From positions 96,001-160,000 of the IMG/VR virus record IMGVR_UViG_3300030419_007641: a stretch of DNA of 64,000 nt, one strand, 5' to 3'. This DNA is from a virus. This document shows positions 8,429-18,352 of this stretch, piece after piece. Made by a program: the position numbers and the translations under genes. Positions within the stretch are counted from its first letter, which is position 1, and each line of letters starts with the position of its first letter. The notes under the pieces are model-generated. The model saw only the letters and a program-made list of their open reading frames with translations, was not told the origin of the DNA and did no database searches.

Positions 8429-10516
8429 ATGGACTTTAACGCACTTTATATTTACGGTACTAATGATACTAGATGGGGATTCCAATTGTTAGGTCAAGCT
8501 GGTGCACCACGAGAAGATGTTTTTAATAAATGGGGATTTTGGTGGCCGTTATTCTTATCCGAAGAAGAAGCTAACGCGGTTGATCCTGATAATGAATCAA
8601 TAGCTTTTACGTATAGAGAATACGTATATTCTGATTATGCAGAAACAATAGGACTTGGCACAGCAGGTGAAAGTGTACCATTTTATATGCCAGCGTATGC
8701 GTTTGCAGAGCCTAACAGTGAGTTGTTTAATTATATGTTAGATAATGTACCGCCTATACCTGGTGGATACGCTGGACATACACCAATTGGAGCTGCAAAT
8801 TATGATCCACGTAATGCTGTGCCTGGTCAAAATTATAAATGGCTTCCTCAAATGACCAATGAATATGATATGGGATGGCCAGATGGGTTTGGATTTATAA
8901 ATACCGGAAGAAGCAATGTAGTCAACCGCGCCGACTGGATTTTAGAGTTTGGCGGTGGGGATCCAAATGCAGAACCTCCACAATGGGCACAAGACCTGCC
9001 TCCAGATGATCCACTACATGTACCTGCTGGGGTTGGTCTAGGAGCGTTGGCGCAGGAACAACCACCCGGGGTAAGAAAGGGCAAAACCTTTAAACTTCAA
9101 ATGGATGAACCTGTCCCTAGCTTTGTTGCTCCTATTATAGACGGTCATATGTTGGGATTTGGAATTGGCGCGCCGCCATTGGGTCTAAATCCGTTTAGAA
9201 CTATCCGGGAAGCGCGTTGGTTTTTTGCCTTGCAGGCAATATGGATGGGTCACATTCGACCTGGAGGAACCTTTGATGAGCAGATAGCGCGCAGACCGCG
9301 TTGGAATCAACGTCATTGCAGGATTAACCCTTCTGTAGGTGATTCCCGGGTTGGCTGCTGGGTAGGCCCGCTTCCGGATGAAGGAAATTTTATACGCCCA
9401 ATATTGCGAATTCGCGATCCGAATGGCGTTATAATATCCAGTGAAGATATGTTTCCTGAAGGAATAGGACCAAATCATGAACTTCGGCTTAATTTTCCAG
9501 AATATCTGGGCATGAATGCATCATCAGTAGAAGAAGTTGAGGCTAATATTGACCGGCAGCTATCACCACCAAGATTTGCTCGTTATTGGGCAGAAGATAT
9601 TGAGGATGCGCATCAACAAGCTGTAGAAAGAGAAAGAATAGTGAGCTCTTTAAATAGCGTGGTAATACCTAATTACGTAATTGGCGAAGGGTATACCCGT
9701 GAAGGTTTTGATCCACGTGTATGGCCAGGGGGCAAAGCGTATGGTAGCTGGTCAACATACCAACAATGGGTGCTTACTATGGCAGATTCAGCCTGGGATG
9801 GCCCACGACCGCCTAATATTCCAGATATTGATTATGATACGGTAATTAAGTGGGAATCCCCATATTCTGGATCCAAATCCCGATTACCAACTACAGAAGA
9901 GGTAGAAGCCGAAAAAAATGAATTAGTATACGCTGGTGTAAACTCTGCTGACGCAGAATTACAAGCACATAGTTGGCGATTTTTCCCGAAAAAACCTCAA
10001 TGTTTTAGACTTAGAGGGGCAACTCTGGGACCAGAAAGCGGAGAGATAATGTTAGATCAAAGCTTAAATGCAATTAAAACAGCTGAATTTACTGCTGCGT
10101 GGTGGACCGTGCCACCGGGATACGGTATTGATTTTAAAAAGGGCCACGGTAATTGGGTGTGGGACCCTAATTTACCTTTCCCGGGAATTTGTAGAATGGG
10201 TGTGGATCCGATATGTAATGCAGGTTGGAAACCGGGATTTGGAATGGGGCCATGGCAACCATGGGAAGAAGCAGGAGAAGCTGCACCTACTGGGTGGCCA
10301 GTAACACCTCTTAGAGGTAATTTTGATAATGTTAAATTTACTAAAGGCCAACCACAATATATATGGGCTCCGGGTAGAAATTGGGCTTTTGAATTTAATG
10401 TCCCATTTGATGAATTAGGTATGATGGTAGGTGAAAACGTAACACAAACAGTGCTTTTAGGTGAGGGTGAAACTAACCCCGGGTTGGACTTCCCGTCTCG
10501 CTTGGGACAAATTTAA
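8429..10516 (+). CDS. large Trp/Pro/Gly-rich protein, diverged paralog C
   Basis: 695 aa. MDFNALYIYG, GFWWPLFL, FYMP, MLDNVPPIPG and DTVIKW echo motifs of A/B. TTAAATA at 8411-8417. Confidence 0.85.
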   Translation: MDFNALYIYGTNDTRWGFQLLGQAGAPREDVFNKWGFWWPLFLSEEEANAVDPDNESIAFTYREYVYSDYAETIGLGTAGESVPFYMPAYAFAEPNSELFNYMLDNVPPIPGGYAGHTPIGAANYDPRNAVPGQNYKWLPQMTNEYDMGWPDGFGFINTGRSNVVNRADWILEFGGGDPNAEPPQWAQDLPPDDPLHVPAGVGLGALAQEQPPGVRKGKTFKLQMDEPVPSFVAPIIDGHMLGFGIGAPPLGLNPFRTIREARWFFALQAIWMGHIRPGGTFDEQIARRPRWNQRHCRINPSVGDSRVGCWVGPLPDEGNFIRPILRIRDPNGVIISSEDMFPEGIGPNHELRLNFPEYLGMNASSVEEVEANIDRQLSPPRFARYWAEDIEDAHQQAVERERIVSSLNSVVIPNYVIGEGYTREGFDPRVWPGGKAYGSWSTYQQWVLTMADSAWDGPRPPNIPDIDYDTVIKWESPYSGSKSRLPTTEEVEAEKNELVYAGVNSADAELQAHSWRFFPKKPQCFRLRGATLGPESGEIMLDQSLNAIKTAEFTAAWWTVPPGYGIDFKKGHGNWVWDPNLPFPGICRMGVDPICNAGWKPGFGMGPWQPWEEAGEAAPTGWPVTPLRGNFDNVKFTKGQPQYIWAPGRNWAFEFNVPFDELGMMVGENVTQTVLLGEGETNPGLDFPSRLGQI

Positions 10517-10527
10517 TTAAAAATAAT

Positions 10528-12897
10528 ATGCTTATTCAAGATCTTATAATATCATGGGGAAGAAATAATAGGTACCGAAGAGAGTCGCGATTTGGTTTAA
10601 TTCCAAGAAAAGAGAGCACAGCAACCAGTGATCTTGGCCTGGATGGTGAGGCTTTGCAAATTTTACAGGAAGGCCTTGATGAAGTATTATTAATTCCAGC
10701 AAATGTCGGTGATATTATTGAGCCCATAATGGCATTTATACCTCAAAATAATAATATACCTCTTCCAATACCCGGGCAACCTCTTCCCTGGGATAATCAA
10801 CCTGGAGGGGATCCAGAGCTACCGGTACCTCCTAACGAATTGGAGGAATGGATGGACCGTGGTGGGCATATCCGCCGCGGCCGCCGCTTTGAAGTTGAGT
10901 CGTCAACTGGTGGTCAACACCCACATGGTGACCCTGATGCAACTAAACATGGATTAAGCCGACACCGAGTGTGTTTTACTATTCATGATGCTGAATGGGT
11001 AGCACAAAACAAAGATGTTCCTCCTGAAGAGGATACGTATGCCAATGCTTTTGGAATAGGATCGGATTTTTGGAATAGACTTCCCGATGAGGCTAAAATT
11101 AATCCAGACACAGGAGACACGTGGACTGAAGAAGAGTGGGTATCGCACTTAATTTCTACTTCCGGGGAGCCACTATCTGATAGGTTTGGTCCACATCTTC
11201 AAATAGGTGCAAAAGGTAAAGGGTGGGAAGTATGTGAATGCTGTAATTGTTGCCCTCCAATTGCTTGTGATGCTTATTGGTATTGGGAGAGATTAGAGCA
11301 AACCGTTGCTGGTACATGGGAAGTACAAACTTGGCCAATGTGTCAGCTGCCTGTACCCGGACCAATGTGCGATTTTCCACTTGAGGAACGTATTATTTTT
11401 CCTCAAGATCTGCTCCCGGAACGTGGTGCTCAGCGGTTAGCTTTAGCTGATCTGTTTCAAGCCGGGGATATCTTACCTGGACCAATAGTGTTTCGTGGTG
11501 TGGATGATTGGGCTATTTTGAATCGTCACGTTGAGATGATGGATGGGCCTACCGGGGTACTGGATAGACTACCTAGTATGCCGTTAGGCGGCAAAATACA
11601 GGGTGAAGATGTTAAAGACGAATTTTTCAACAACCCTGATATTAATATCGATGAGGCTAGTAAGCGCATGCGTGATCTTCAAGTACTATGGAACAAATAT
11701 AATAGTAGCTTTAGCAACATTTATATTGATCTCGACTTCAGTCGACCAGATCTAGAGTTACTTGGAGACTTTAATAATCTAGATGCACCAATTAATAGAC
11801 AAAATACTCCGCTGATAGCGGAGATTCCTGGGAGGAGAGCTCTAAAAGCTCTACAAAGGGGTAAAGGGAGTGAGGTTAATAAATTTATTAAGCCTTTTGC
11901 TGGTTTAGTATTAAAATATATGCCAGAGAACCCAAATATTGTATTTAGGCGACTGTGGAATGGGCAAATTAGATTAAACTTTATAGATCCTGCGGGAGCT
12001 CAACAGATGGAAAACATTTTACGAGTCGCGAGGCAAATATTAGAAATAATGGATTGGGCAGGTTTGATAAGAGAGGGCCCGGGAGATGGATTCGAACCCC
12101 GTCGAGAAGGCCAGGAAATAGATGAGATAATGGAACTACTGAGAGCGGACTGGAACGCGCATTTTGCAAGAAATGGCATGGACAATATACCAGCTAATAC
12201 ACCAGTTATTGAAACCATGGCCTGGGGTGGAAAATACGTAGTACGAGCGGATTTTGATGCCGGGTTTGGTGGCACTATGTTTCCTGATGTACATAACGGC
12301 CCTCATCGATGTTTTTATGTTACAGATCCAGTATGGGTAGCTACCTGGCCGGAGGTTAATCCAGCGGTCGATATATTATCAATGGCTCATGATAGAGATA
12401 AACAGTATGTTCAAGACCTTGAAGTTGGAGATATAGGAAACGGGTGGGGTGTGTGTGCAGGGTGCCCTTGCCCAGATGACAGTGACAACTTTAAACCTCT
12501 AAATAGGGGCGAGCTTAAAAAAAATCTAAACTATGCTGAGAGATGGTTGAAAGCAGCTCCTAAGGCTCTCATACCACAAGGAGAAGCTGGTGATCCCGGT
12601 GAGCCTGGTGAACCTGGTGCACCAGGTGAGATTGAAGGCGAAGAGGTATTTATGGAAATTAAAAAAGCAGCTGGACAGGTAAGGCAGGTAAAAGAGCAAC
12701 CTAATTTCCCAACGCCGTTTGGTGCACCCAATGTCCCGGAACCCAAAAACCCTAAAGAAGCGCGAAAGGAATTAGATAAAGCATTAAAGCAAGATCCTGT
12801 AGCTGCTAAAGAAGCAATTAAACGTATACAAAGACTCGTGCCTGATGAAATGAACGCATTTCTTAAGCGCGCTGAAAATAAAAAACTTAACCCCTAG
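10528..12897 (+). CDS. large hypothetical protein with Cys clusters and a short collagen-like tract
   Basis: 789 aa; contains CECCNCCPPIAC, CAGCPCP and a Gly-X-Y run near the C-terminus. Confidence 0.85.
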   Translation: MLIQDLIISWGRNNRYRRESRFGLIPRKESTATSDLGLDGEALQILQEGLDEVLLIPANVGDIIEPIMAFIPQNNNIPLPIPGQPLPWDNQPGGDPELPVPPNELEEWMDRGGHIRRGRRFEVESSTGGQHPHGDPDATKHGLSRHRVCFTIHDAEWVAQNKDVPPEEDTYANAFGIGSDFWNRLPDEAKINPDTGDTWTEEEWVSHLISTSGEPLSDRFGPHLQIGAKGKGWEVCECCNCCPPIACDAYWYWERLEQTVAGTWEVQTWPMCQLPVPGPMCDFPLEERIIFPQDLLPERGAQRLALADLFQAGDILPGPIVFRGVDDWAILNRHVEMMDGPTGVLDRLPSMPLGGKIQGEDVKDEFFNNPDINIDEASKRMRDLQVLWNKYNSSFSNIYIDLDFSRPDLELLGDFNNLDAPINRQNTPLIAEIPGRRALKALQRGKGSEVNKFIKPFAGLVLKYMPENPNIVFRRLWNGQIRLNFIDPAGAQQMENILRVARQILEIMDWAGLIREGPGDGFEPRREGQEIDEIMELLRADWNAHFARNGMDNIPANTPVIETMAWGGKYVVRADFDAGFGGTMFPDVHNGPHRCFYVTDPVWVATWPEVNPAVDILSMAHDRDKQYVQDLEVGDIGNGWGVCAGCPCPDDSDNFKPLNRGELKKNLNYAERWLKAAPKALIPQGEAGDPGEPGEPGAPGEIEGEEVFMEIKKAAGQVRQVKEQPNFPTPFGAPNVPEPKNPKEARKELDKALKQDPVAAKEAIKRIQRLVPDEMNAFLKRAENKKLNP
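12580..12633 (+). repeat. collagen-like Gly-X-Y repeat
   Basis: GEA-GDP-GEP-GEP-GAP-GEI in frame within 10528-12897. Confidence 0.8.
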
Positions 12898-13124
12898 AGG
12901 CGCCCTAGGGCAACTTCTACTTTAAGATCATGCTTCATTGAATGAAATCGCTCACTGATATATTTCTGAAAAGCTAGCGGCTTTACCCATTTATTATCAT
13001 TACAGCTATCTACCTTACCGCCTACTACTTCTAACGCCTCAATTAAACAAGCCCACCTCACAAATTCATCAAATTTCATAGTTTTTGTATTACCATCTTT
13101 TAAGTTAAAAGTAAATTGTTTCAT
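12894..13124 (-). CDS. hypothetical protein
   Basis: 76-aa ORF with natural composition, last of a minus-strand run. Confidence 0.75.
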   Translation of the reverse strand: MKQFTFNLKDGNTKTMKFDEFVRWACLIEALEVVGGKVDSCNDNKWVKPLAFQKYISERFHSMKHDLKVEVALGRL

Positions 13125-13142
13125 ATTATTTTTCTAATTATA

Positions 13143-13601
13143 TTATAGTTCCGTTCCTTTAGTATACTCTTGCTTAGTAAACGAAACATCTGTCGTGGAC
13201 TCAGACTCTTCAGTAATATTTTGAAACTGCTTACTTACATCCATGGGCGTTGTAAGCAGCGTCGGTGTAAGGGACACATCTATTCTAAAATCATTATTAC
13301 ATTTTTCACATGTATAAATATTTTCTAAATTTAGAAAGATATTACCTGTATGTGTATAATTTCCACATGGGCAGACTACAGAGCCTTCGCTAAGGCTTAA
13401 AAGTTGTTCTAATTCCCCTTCAAATTCTGCTGTTAGTGTTGTATTTTTATTAATTCTAAAAGAAGAATAAATAAACGCGACAATAAATTGTGTTACAAAA
13501 GCTAAAGCAGAAGCTTCCCAAAAACCAAAGACATTTTTAAGCCCAAATCCAAATAATATAGCTACCGCTGAGGCGATTAAAAGAGATCTAATAATGATCA
13601 T
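13143..13601 (-). CDS. membrane-anchored zinc-ribbon protein
   Basis: Two N-terminal hydrophobic helices followed by CPCG and CEKC. Confidence 0.7.
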   Translation of the reverse strand: MIIIRSLLIASAVAILFGFGLKNVFGFWEASALAFVTQFIVAFIYSSFRINKNTTLTAEFEGELEQLLSLSEGSVVCPCGNYTHTGNIFLNLENIYTCEKCNNDFRIDVSLTPTLLTTPMDVSKQFQNITEESESTTDVSFTKQEYTKGTEL

Positions 13602-13924
13602 ATATCTATTTTAGATAAATCATCGGGAATATCAAGGATTAACTTATTAATATTGTCAATCTTAGTAACTAAATTAGTAAGCGCCGCTTTATTTATTTCC
13701 GGGCTTTTAGACGCATTAGCTAACATAGTTCTCAATTCTGCCAAACAAGTAAAAGTATCACCTAGTACCTTAATAAGATTATCTAATTCAAATGGTAAAA
13801 TAGGAGGAGCTTTTTGGATTTTTTCATCGTCCTTATATTTTATAATTTGATCCTGGACATTCATATGAAAATTAATAGGCTTGTCCTCAGGCTTGGTACT
13901 ATACGGAAATTCTCCACTATTCAT
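13598..13924 (-). CDS. hypothetical protein
   Basis: 108-aa helical ORF; CATAAATA on the minus strand (13932-13939) just upstream. Confidence 0.75.
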   Translation of the reverse strand: MNSGEFPYSTKPEDKPINFHMNVQDQIIKYKDDEKIQKAPPILPFELDNLIKVLGDTFTCLAELRTMLANASKSPEINKAALTNLVTKIDNINKLILDIPDDLSKIDI

Positions 13925-13958
13925 TTGTAATTATTTATGCTAGAGACTAAATAATTTT

Positions 13959-14393
13959 ATGGCCAGATTTGAAAACAGATTTTTTAAGGTTCTTAAAGAG
14001 CAAGACGAAGAAAGAGAGGCATTTCAAGCAACTCTAGATGATGATACCGCTGCAGAAGATTTTGATGTAGATGTTGAAGTTGATGAGACTGTTGTTGAAG
14101 ATGACCCTAATGTAGCAGCTGCTCGAGCAGTAGAAGAGCGTAATGAAGCTATGAGAATTACATTACAGGGGTGGATTGAGGAGATGAAGAATTTTTTAAC
14201 ATTCTTAAATAGTCAAGATCCGGCGTCTATTCAGTCAGCATTAAGTAATGCTGAGCCTGATACCATCTTTGATAGGATGAAGGATTCAGAGCAGCGTAAA
14301 ATTGCTCGAGTTGCATCTGACTTAGCTTCGCTTCAGCAAGGATTTGAAGGTTACCTCGCTCAATCTGCAAATCCTCAGTTTAAATACGTATAA
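13959..14393 (+). CDS. acidic hypothetical protein, putative head-internal protein
   Basis: N-terminus MARFENRFFKVLKE resembles 37099 (RFEQLFFKVLKE); CTAAATA at 13947-13953. Confidence 0.75.
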   Translation: MARFENRFFKVLKEQDEEREAFQATLDDDTAAEDFDVDVEVDETVVEDDPNVAAARAVEERNEAMRITLQGWIEEMKNFLTFLNSQDPASIQSALSNAEPDTIFDRMKDSEQRKIARVASDLASLQQGFEGYLAQSANPQFKYV

Positions 14394-15430
14394 TTTTTAT
14401 ACTTTTTTATTTCAGATAACCTCACAATACCTTCGAGCCCTTCGAAGGTATTTTTTTGTATAAAGTCCCATTTTATTTCATCTACTTTGCATGTAATTGC
14501 AATATCATTAAAGTCTTTAAATTTCTTACCAAATTTTTCAGGCCATATAAACACCTGTTCCCCTTGGTTAAGTAAAGCTTCTGACTTTACTAAGGAAGCT
14601 TGGTCAACCCACTGAGAATCAAGGATCCACACCCTCTGATACCATTTTAAAGTACCATCTAGTTGTTGTTGCTGTCTTGATGTAAATGACTTACCTCGTT
14701 CTGTAATACCTGCAACTGCTACAGAGTTTTTAGTAAAAAACGCATTAATAGGTCCCTCAAAAATATATACATTTTCGTGATCATTACTGACCTTATCAAT
14801 ATTGAACAACGTTTTCTCGGCATTTACCCTCCCTAGATATTTTGGTTTCGTTTTTTTATCTCTATTTAACAGCGTCCTACTTTGATAAAATTCAATGTCT
14901 TTATTCTCATTAACAAAAGGAACTATTAGTCTATTTTTATGAACCTTATCAACAAATGACAAGTATAAACTGTCTGGTCTATTTACTGCGGTATCTAATC
15001 GCCTATTCTTAATAGTTTGCAATGCTGTTCGTAGTACATCATTTCCTTTATAAAAATCTACTTGAGTACTATCGGATAAATTAATACTATCTTTTGGAAG
15101 CGTTTCAGTAGTATATTTTTTAACTTCGAGCTCCGTGTCTATCGTTTCAATGTCAGGAACATGTTCTTTTAGTTCTTTAATAACATCGGCATCACTACCC
15201 CCGGATATTTCTTTAATCCACTTTAAAGGCTTACTTGACCAACCACAATTATGACAAAAGATATTATCATTTTTAGGAATATAATAACACCGTCTCTTCT
15301 TTCCTAGGGACCTGCCCTCTTTGCAAATTGGACAGCTGCACTGATAAACATTGTTAAATTTGTTATACTTTGGGTAATAACCTAGTTCATAAAACTTAAG
15401 TATAACAAAGTCTTCAGGCAAAGAGATCAT
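14375..15430 (-). CDS. DNA primase (T4 gp61-like)
   Basis: N-terminal Zn finger CSCPIC...FCHNC; Toprim motif YIFEGPIN and WILD. Confidence 0.92.
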   Translation of the reverse strand: MISLPEDFVILKFYELGYYPKYNKFNNVYQCSCPICKEGRSLGKKRRCYYIPKNDNIFCHNCGWSSKPLKWIKEISGGSDADVIKELKEHVPDIETIDTELEVKKYTTETLPKDSINLSDSTQVDFYKGNDVLRTALQTIKNRRLDTAVNRPDSLYLSFVDKVHKNRLIVPFVNENKDIEFYQSRTLLNRDKKTKPKYLGRVNAEKTLFNIDKVSNDHENVYIFEGPINAFFTKNSVAVAGITERGKSFTSRQQQQLDGTLKWYQRVWILDSQWVDQASLVKSEALLNQGEQVFIWPEKFGKKFKDFNDIAITCKVDEIKWDFIQKNTFEGLEGIVRLSEIKKYKNYTYLN

Positions 15431-16295
15431 CTAATTTATTATAGAGAGATTTCATAAAAAATAAACTATACCATTTTTCCTTATTGTCAAGAATTCTGTT
15501 AAAGTTATATTCTTCGCAAAACGCTATAAATACCTGGTAGTCCGGGTTAACTGTTTTGGCGAGTTGTTGCTTGTAATAGTCGTCCTCTGCTTTAATGCTT
15601 TTGTATTTATCCAAAGAAAAAATTTCCTCATTTCTCTCAAAAATTTCTGTCTGTTCTGCGGTGAGCTTAATATCATTATTTAAATAGCTATTTACTTTTG
15701 CTTTACCAAATCCTGGTATACCAGGCACATTATCTGACTTGTCACCTGTTAAGCATTTAGCAGTAAACCAATCTGAAACATTTTTATAACCTGTGGACTC
15801 CTGAAAGTTCGAATCCTCAAAGAATATCTTTCTTATGGGATCATACAACGTAACATCTTCATTTATTAGCTGTATAAAATCTCTATCTACAGAGACTATT
15901 ACCTTCTTACCTTCATCCTCCTTACATATATATGCAACAATATCATCAGCTTCTAACTGGCTAGGAAAAATAGAGTTAATGCCCAAGGAAAGCAATATTG
16001 ACTTAATTACTTCATTGTTTTCATGCGGCGACGTGTCTTTAGATCTATTGCCTTTATAGTCCTCAAACACCTTTTTACGTTCATTTACTTTATACTCCTT
16101 CTTTTCATCCCATACGACAATGGTTGTATGTGGAACAAACTGCTTAACATAAGAATTTATGGCATTAAGGGTAAAGTAGATATGTAAATTACTGACCTGA
16201 TCAGGTGTATCAGTCTTTGTCCTCTTCGACTGCTGTTTCGCTGTATGATATGTTCGGTGTATTAAATTGTTTCCGTCTATTATCAGAGTTTTCAT
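15414..16295 (-). CDS. rnh: 5'-3' exonuclease / T4 RNase H-like flap nuclease
   Basis: LIIDGNN, EADDI, SVDRDF, and the GDKSDNVPGIPGFG helix-hairpin-helix. Confidence 0.92.
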   Translation of the reverse strand: MKTLIIDGNNLIHRTYHTAKQQSKRTKTDTPDQVSNLHIYFTLNAINSYVKQFVPHTTIVVWDEKKEYKVNERKKVFEDYKGNRSKDTSPHENNEVIKSILLSLGINSIFPSQLEADDIVAYICKEDEGKKVIVSVDRDFIQLINEDVTLYDPIRKIFFEDSNFQESTGYKNVSDWFTAKCLTGDKSDNVPGIPGFGKAKVNSYLNNDIKLTAEQTEIFERNEEIFSLDKYKSIKAEDDYYKQQLAKTVNPDYQVFIAFCEEYNFNRILDNKEKWYSLFFMKSLYNKLDDLFA

Positions 16296-16539
16296 TTTTA
16301 AAGTATTGCGCCTCGGACACTTTAAACACAGCCCGGGGAAGTTTCTCTACATATTTTATTATATCATTGTTCCTTGCATGTTCAAATGCATCTACAGGAA
16401 CTTTAACATTTTCCATAGTTGGAATGGATAAACATCCCACAGACTCTTTATTAGGCTCAACAATAATAAACATTTGACCGGCATAATCTCCGGTCTGTAC
16501 AGCATATACTTGCTTTTTAGAAAATTGGATCTTGGCCAT
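16210..16539 (-). CDS. hypothetical protein
   Basis: 109-aa ORF in the replication operon; 3' end overlaps the rnh start. Confidence 0.7.
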   Translation of the reverse strand: MAKIQFSKKQVYAVQTGDYAGQMFIIVEPNKESVGCLSIPTMENVKVPVDAFEHARNNDIIKYVEKLPRAVFKVSEAQYFKNENSDNRRKQFNTPNISYSETAVEEDKD

Positions 16540-16837
16540 TTGGATCGCTTTTAAATTGCTGCGCCTCTACAGCAAAGTACTTAATTAAAAAAGAATTGAG
16601 AGCTTCAGCTTGCATGGGTGTACTGGCAGACTTTATGTCTATATGTCTACCGTCGAAATCATATCCTAATAATATATAACTATCTAAATACTCACTAAGT
16701 ATACTCCCGAGTCTAGCGGCTAAGTCCTTCCTCTTCTTAAACGTCTTTTTTTCTCGAATATTAAATTTTAGAGCTTCTTCTATAATGTCTCTAAGTTCAT
16801 CATCTTCGGGAGAATTAACGCTATCACTTTCTTCCAT
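16517..16837 (-). CDS. hypothetical protein
   Basis: 106-aa ORF, tightly packed in the operon. Confidence 0.75.
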   Translation of the reverse strand: MEESDSVNSPEDDELRDIIEEALKFNIREKKTFKKRKDLAARLGSILSEYLDSYILLGYDFDGRHIDIKSASTPMQAEALNSFLIKYFAVEAQQFKSDPNGQDPIF

Positions 16838-16841
16838 ATAA

Positions 16842-17180
16842 CTATTTAGTCAAAAATTTACTATTCGTTTTTTGACCAACATTATTGCTTAATAATCTCT
16901 GAACTACTACCTCTATAGAATCTGTCCTTAAACTAAAATTACCCTTAAAATTTTGATTACCGTCATCAAAGTTAAAAAGGTATTCTCCCTTAAATGGGGT
17001 GTTTTCAAAACATGTAATAAATACAGACGCTCCAGAAGGATCTACTAATACCGTCCATTTTCTAGGATCTGCTTCTGTATATTTATCAAAAATTCTTAAC
17101 GTTACAAATCCGTTATCTTTAAGTCTTTTAATAAAATAACCTGCGGTTTTTAATTTATTTTTTTTATGTAAATGTGTCAT
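16842..17180 (-). CDS. hypothetical protein
   Basis: 112-aa ORF, tightly packed in the operon. Confidence 0.75.
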   Translation of the reverse strand: MTHLHKKNKLKTAGYFIKRLKDNGFVTLRIFDKYTEADPRKWTVLVDPSGASVFITCFENTPFKGEYLFNFDDGNQNFKGNFSLRTDSIEVVVQRLLSNNVGQKTNSKFLTK

Positions 17181-17896
17181 TGAGTTAATGCTGAAATTAT
17201 ATACTTCAATTTAATACCATCTGCTTCAATTTCAAATACAACTACACCATACTCTGTATTTATTTTAACTTTAAACTCATTACTAATTGATGTTAGTAAT
17301 CTTATATTATCAAAGTTTATAGGTGTCGGTTTGAGTGTAAAATTGACAGGTCCTAGAGATATAGTAAAATTATCTGTATTATGTCGAGCTCGATCAGTTA
17401 GCTCAGCCATTAATTCCCCGTCCTCAATATAAAAATAAATTTTATTTGTTTCAGACGCAAATGTACTACCTTTAAAAATTCGTTGTAATAATGGCTTATC
17501 TAAAGTAAACTCAACATCAAATTCAAATTTATTAATTTTATCTAAATTAATACTCGGATTAGTTAAAAAGCCTTCCTCAAATAAATGATATTGAAACTTT
17601 ACATTAGAACCACTATACTCAATATTATTAGAATTAATTTTTAATGTAATATCATCAGTTTCTAGTGTATCTAGAACACGAGATAATTTTTTAATATCAG
17701 GTATATTTAATGTATCTTCAAAACTCGAAGGTACTGTATATTCTGAATAGAGTATAAGCGTATTATCTATACTAGATACTAAACTTGTTAGTTTATCTTC
17801 TCGAACATTAAAGATTGCACTATCGCTTATTTTTGAAACAGCGTCCAAAAACGTTAAAAATTCACCCCTTCTTGGTAGATTTAGCTCCTTTTCCAT
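17177..17896 (-). CDS. probable sliding clamp / processivity factor (T4 gp45/PCNA-like)
   Basis: 239 aa, clamp-sized, with a repeated helix-then-beta-strand pattern and the PCNA-like end KLKYIISAL; lies in the replication module. Inferred from size, pattern and context. Confidence 0.6.
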   Translation of the reverse strand: MEKELNLPRRGEFLTFLDAVSKISDSAIFNVREDKLTSLVSSIDNTLILYSEYTVPSSFEDTLNIPDIKKLSRVLDTLETDDITLKINSNNIEYSGSNVKFQYHLFEEGFLTNPSINLDKINKFEFDVEFTLDKPLLQRIFKGSTFASETNKIYFYIEDGELMAELTDRARHNTDNFTISLGPVNFTLKPTPINFDNIRLLTSISNEFKVKINTEYGVVVFEIEADGIKLKYIISALTQ

Positions 17897-18350
17897 TATC
17901 TAATTTTAAGCTAATTTTTTTTAATAGCAAATTTTGTTCTTTAATTAAATCAATTAGCTTATCTATCTTCGATGGTTCAGATAAATCAAACTCTAATTGG
18001 TTAGAACTATCGGGTTTAGTGGTAACAGCAGGAGGTGCTGCAGCAGGAGGTGCTGACTGGGCTTGCGCAGCTGCTAATTCTTGCGCAGCTTGCCGCACAT
18101 CAACTTCTACCACAGGCGAGGCAGCCGGCTCCTGTACAGGAGCCGGTGCCGGCGCGTTTTGTTGCTGTGCGGCAATATATTGCTGCTGTTCAGTAGGTGT
18201 CCGGATCACCTCTTCGAAACGTTGTTTCATAACGTGGGAGCTAGGTTGAAGATTACCGGATTGCCCAATTAGCATTTGATCTTGCTTATGGGCATCACCA
18301 TAAACTGTTCCCATAAACTGTAAAACAGCTTGTTTTTCTTCGTTAGTCAT
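17862..18350 (-). CDS. hypothetical protein with Q/A/P-rich linker
   Basis: 162 aa; low-complexity centre and C-terminal coiled coil. Confidence 0.75.
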   Translation of the reverse strand: MTNEEKQAVLQFMGTVYGDAHKQDQMLIGQSGNLQPSSHVMKQRFEEVIRTPTEQQQYIAAQQQNAPAPAPVQEPAASPVVEVDVRQAAQELAAAQAQSAPPAAAPPAVTTKPDSSNQLEFDLSEPSKIDKLIDLIKEQNLLLKKISLKLDNGKGAKSTKKG

Positions 18351-18352
18351 TT

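Noticed and set aside
12892-12910. CCCTAG-N7-CTAGGG inverted repeat at the convergent gene junction
   Set aside because: The stem is only 6 bp, lies within coding sequence and has no U-tract, so it is too weak to call a terminator.
16210-16295. 86-nt overlap between a hypothetical gene and rnh as a programmed frameshift or fusion
   Set aside because: No slippery site is evident, and rnh has a normal N-terminal catalytic motif. It is more likely a simple stop-codon loss extending the upstream gene.
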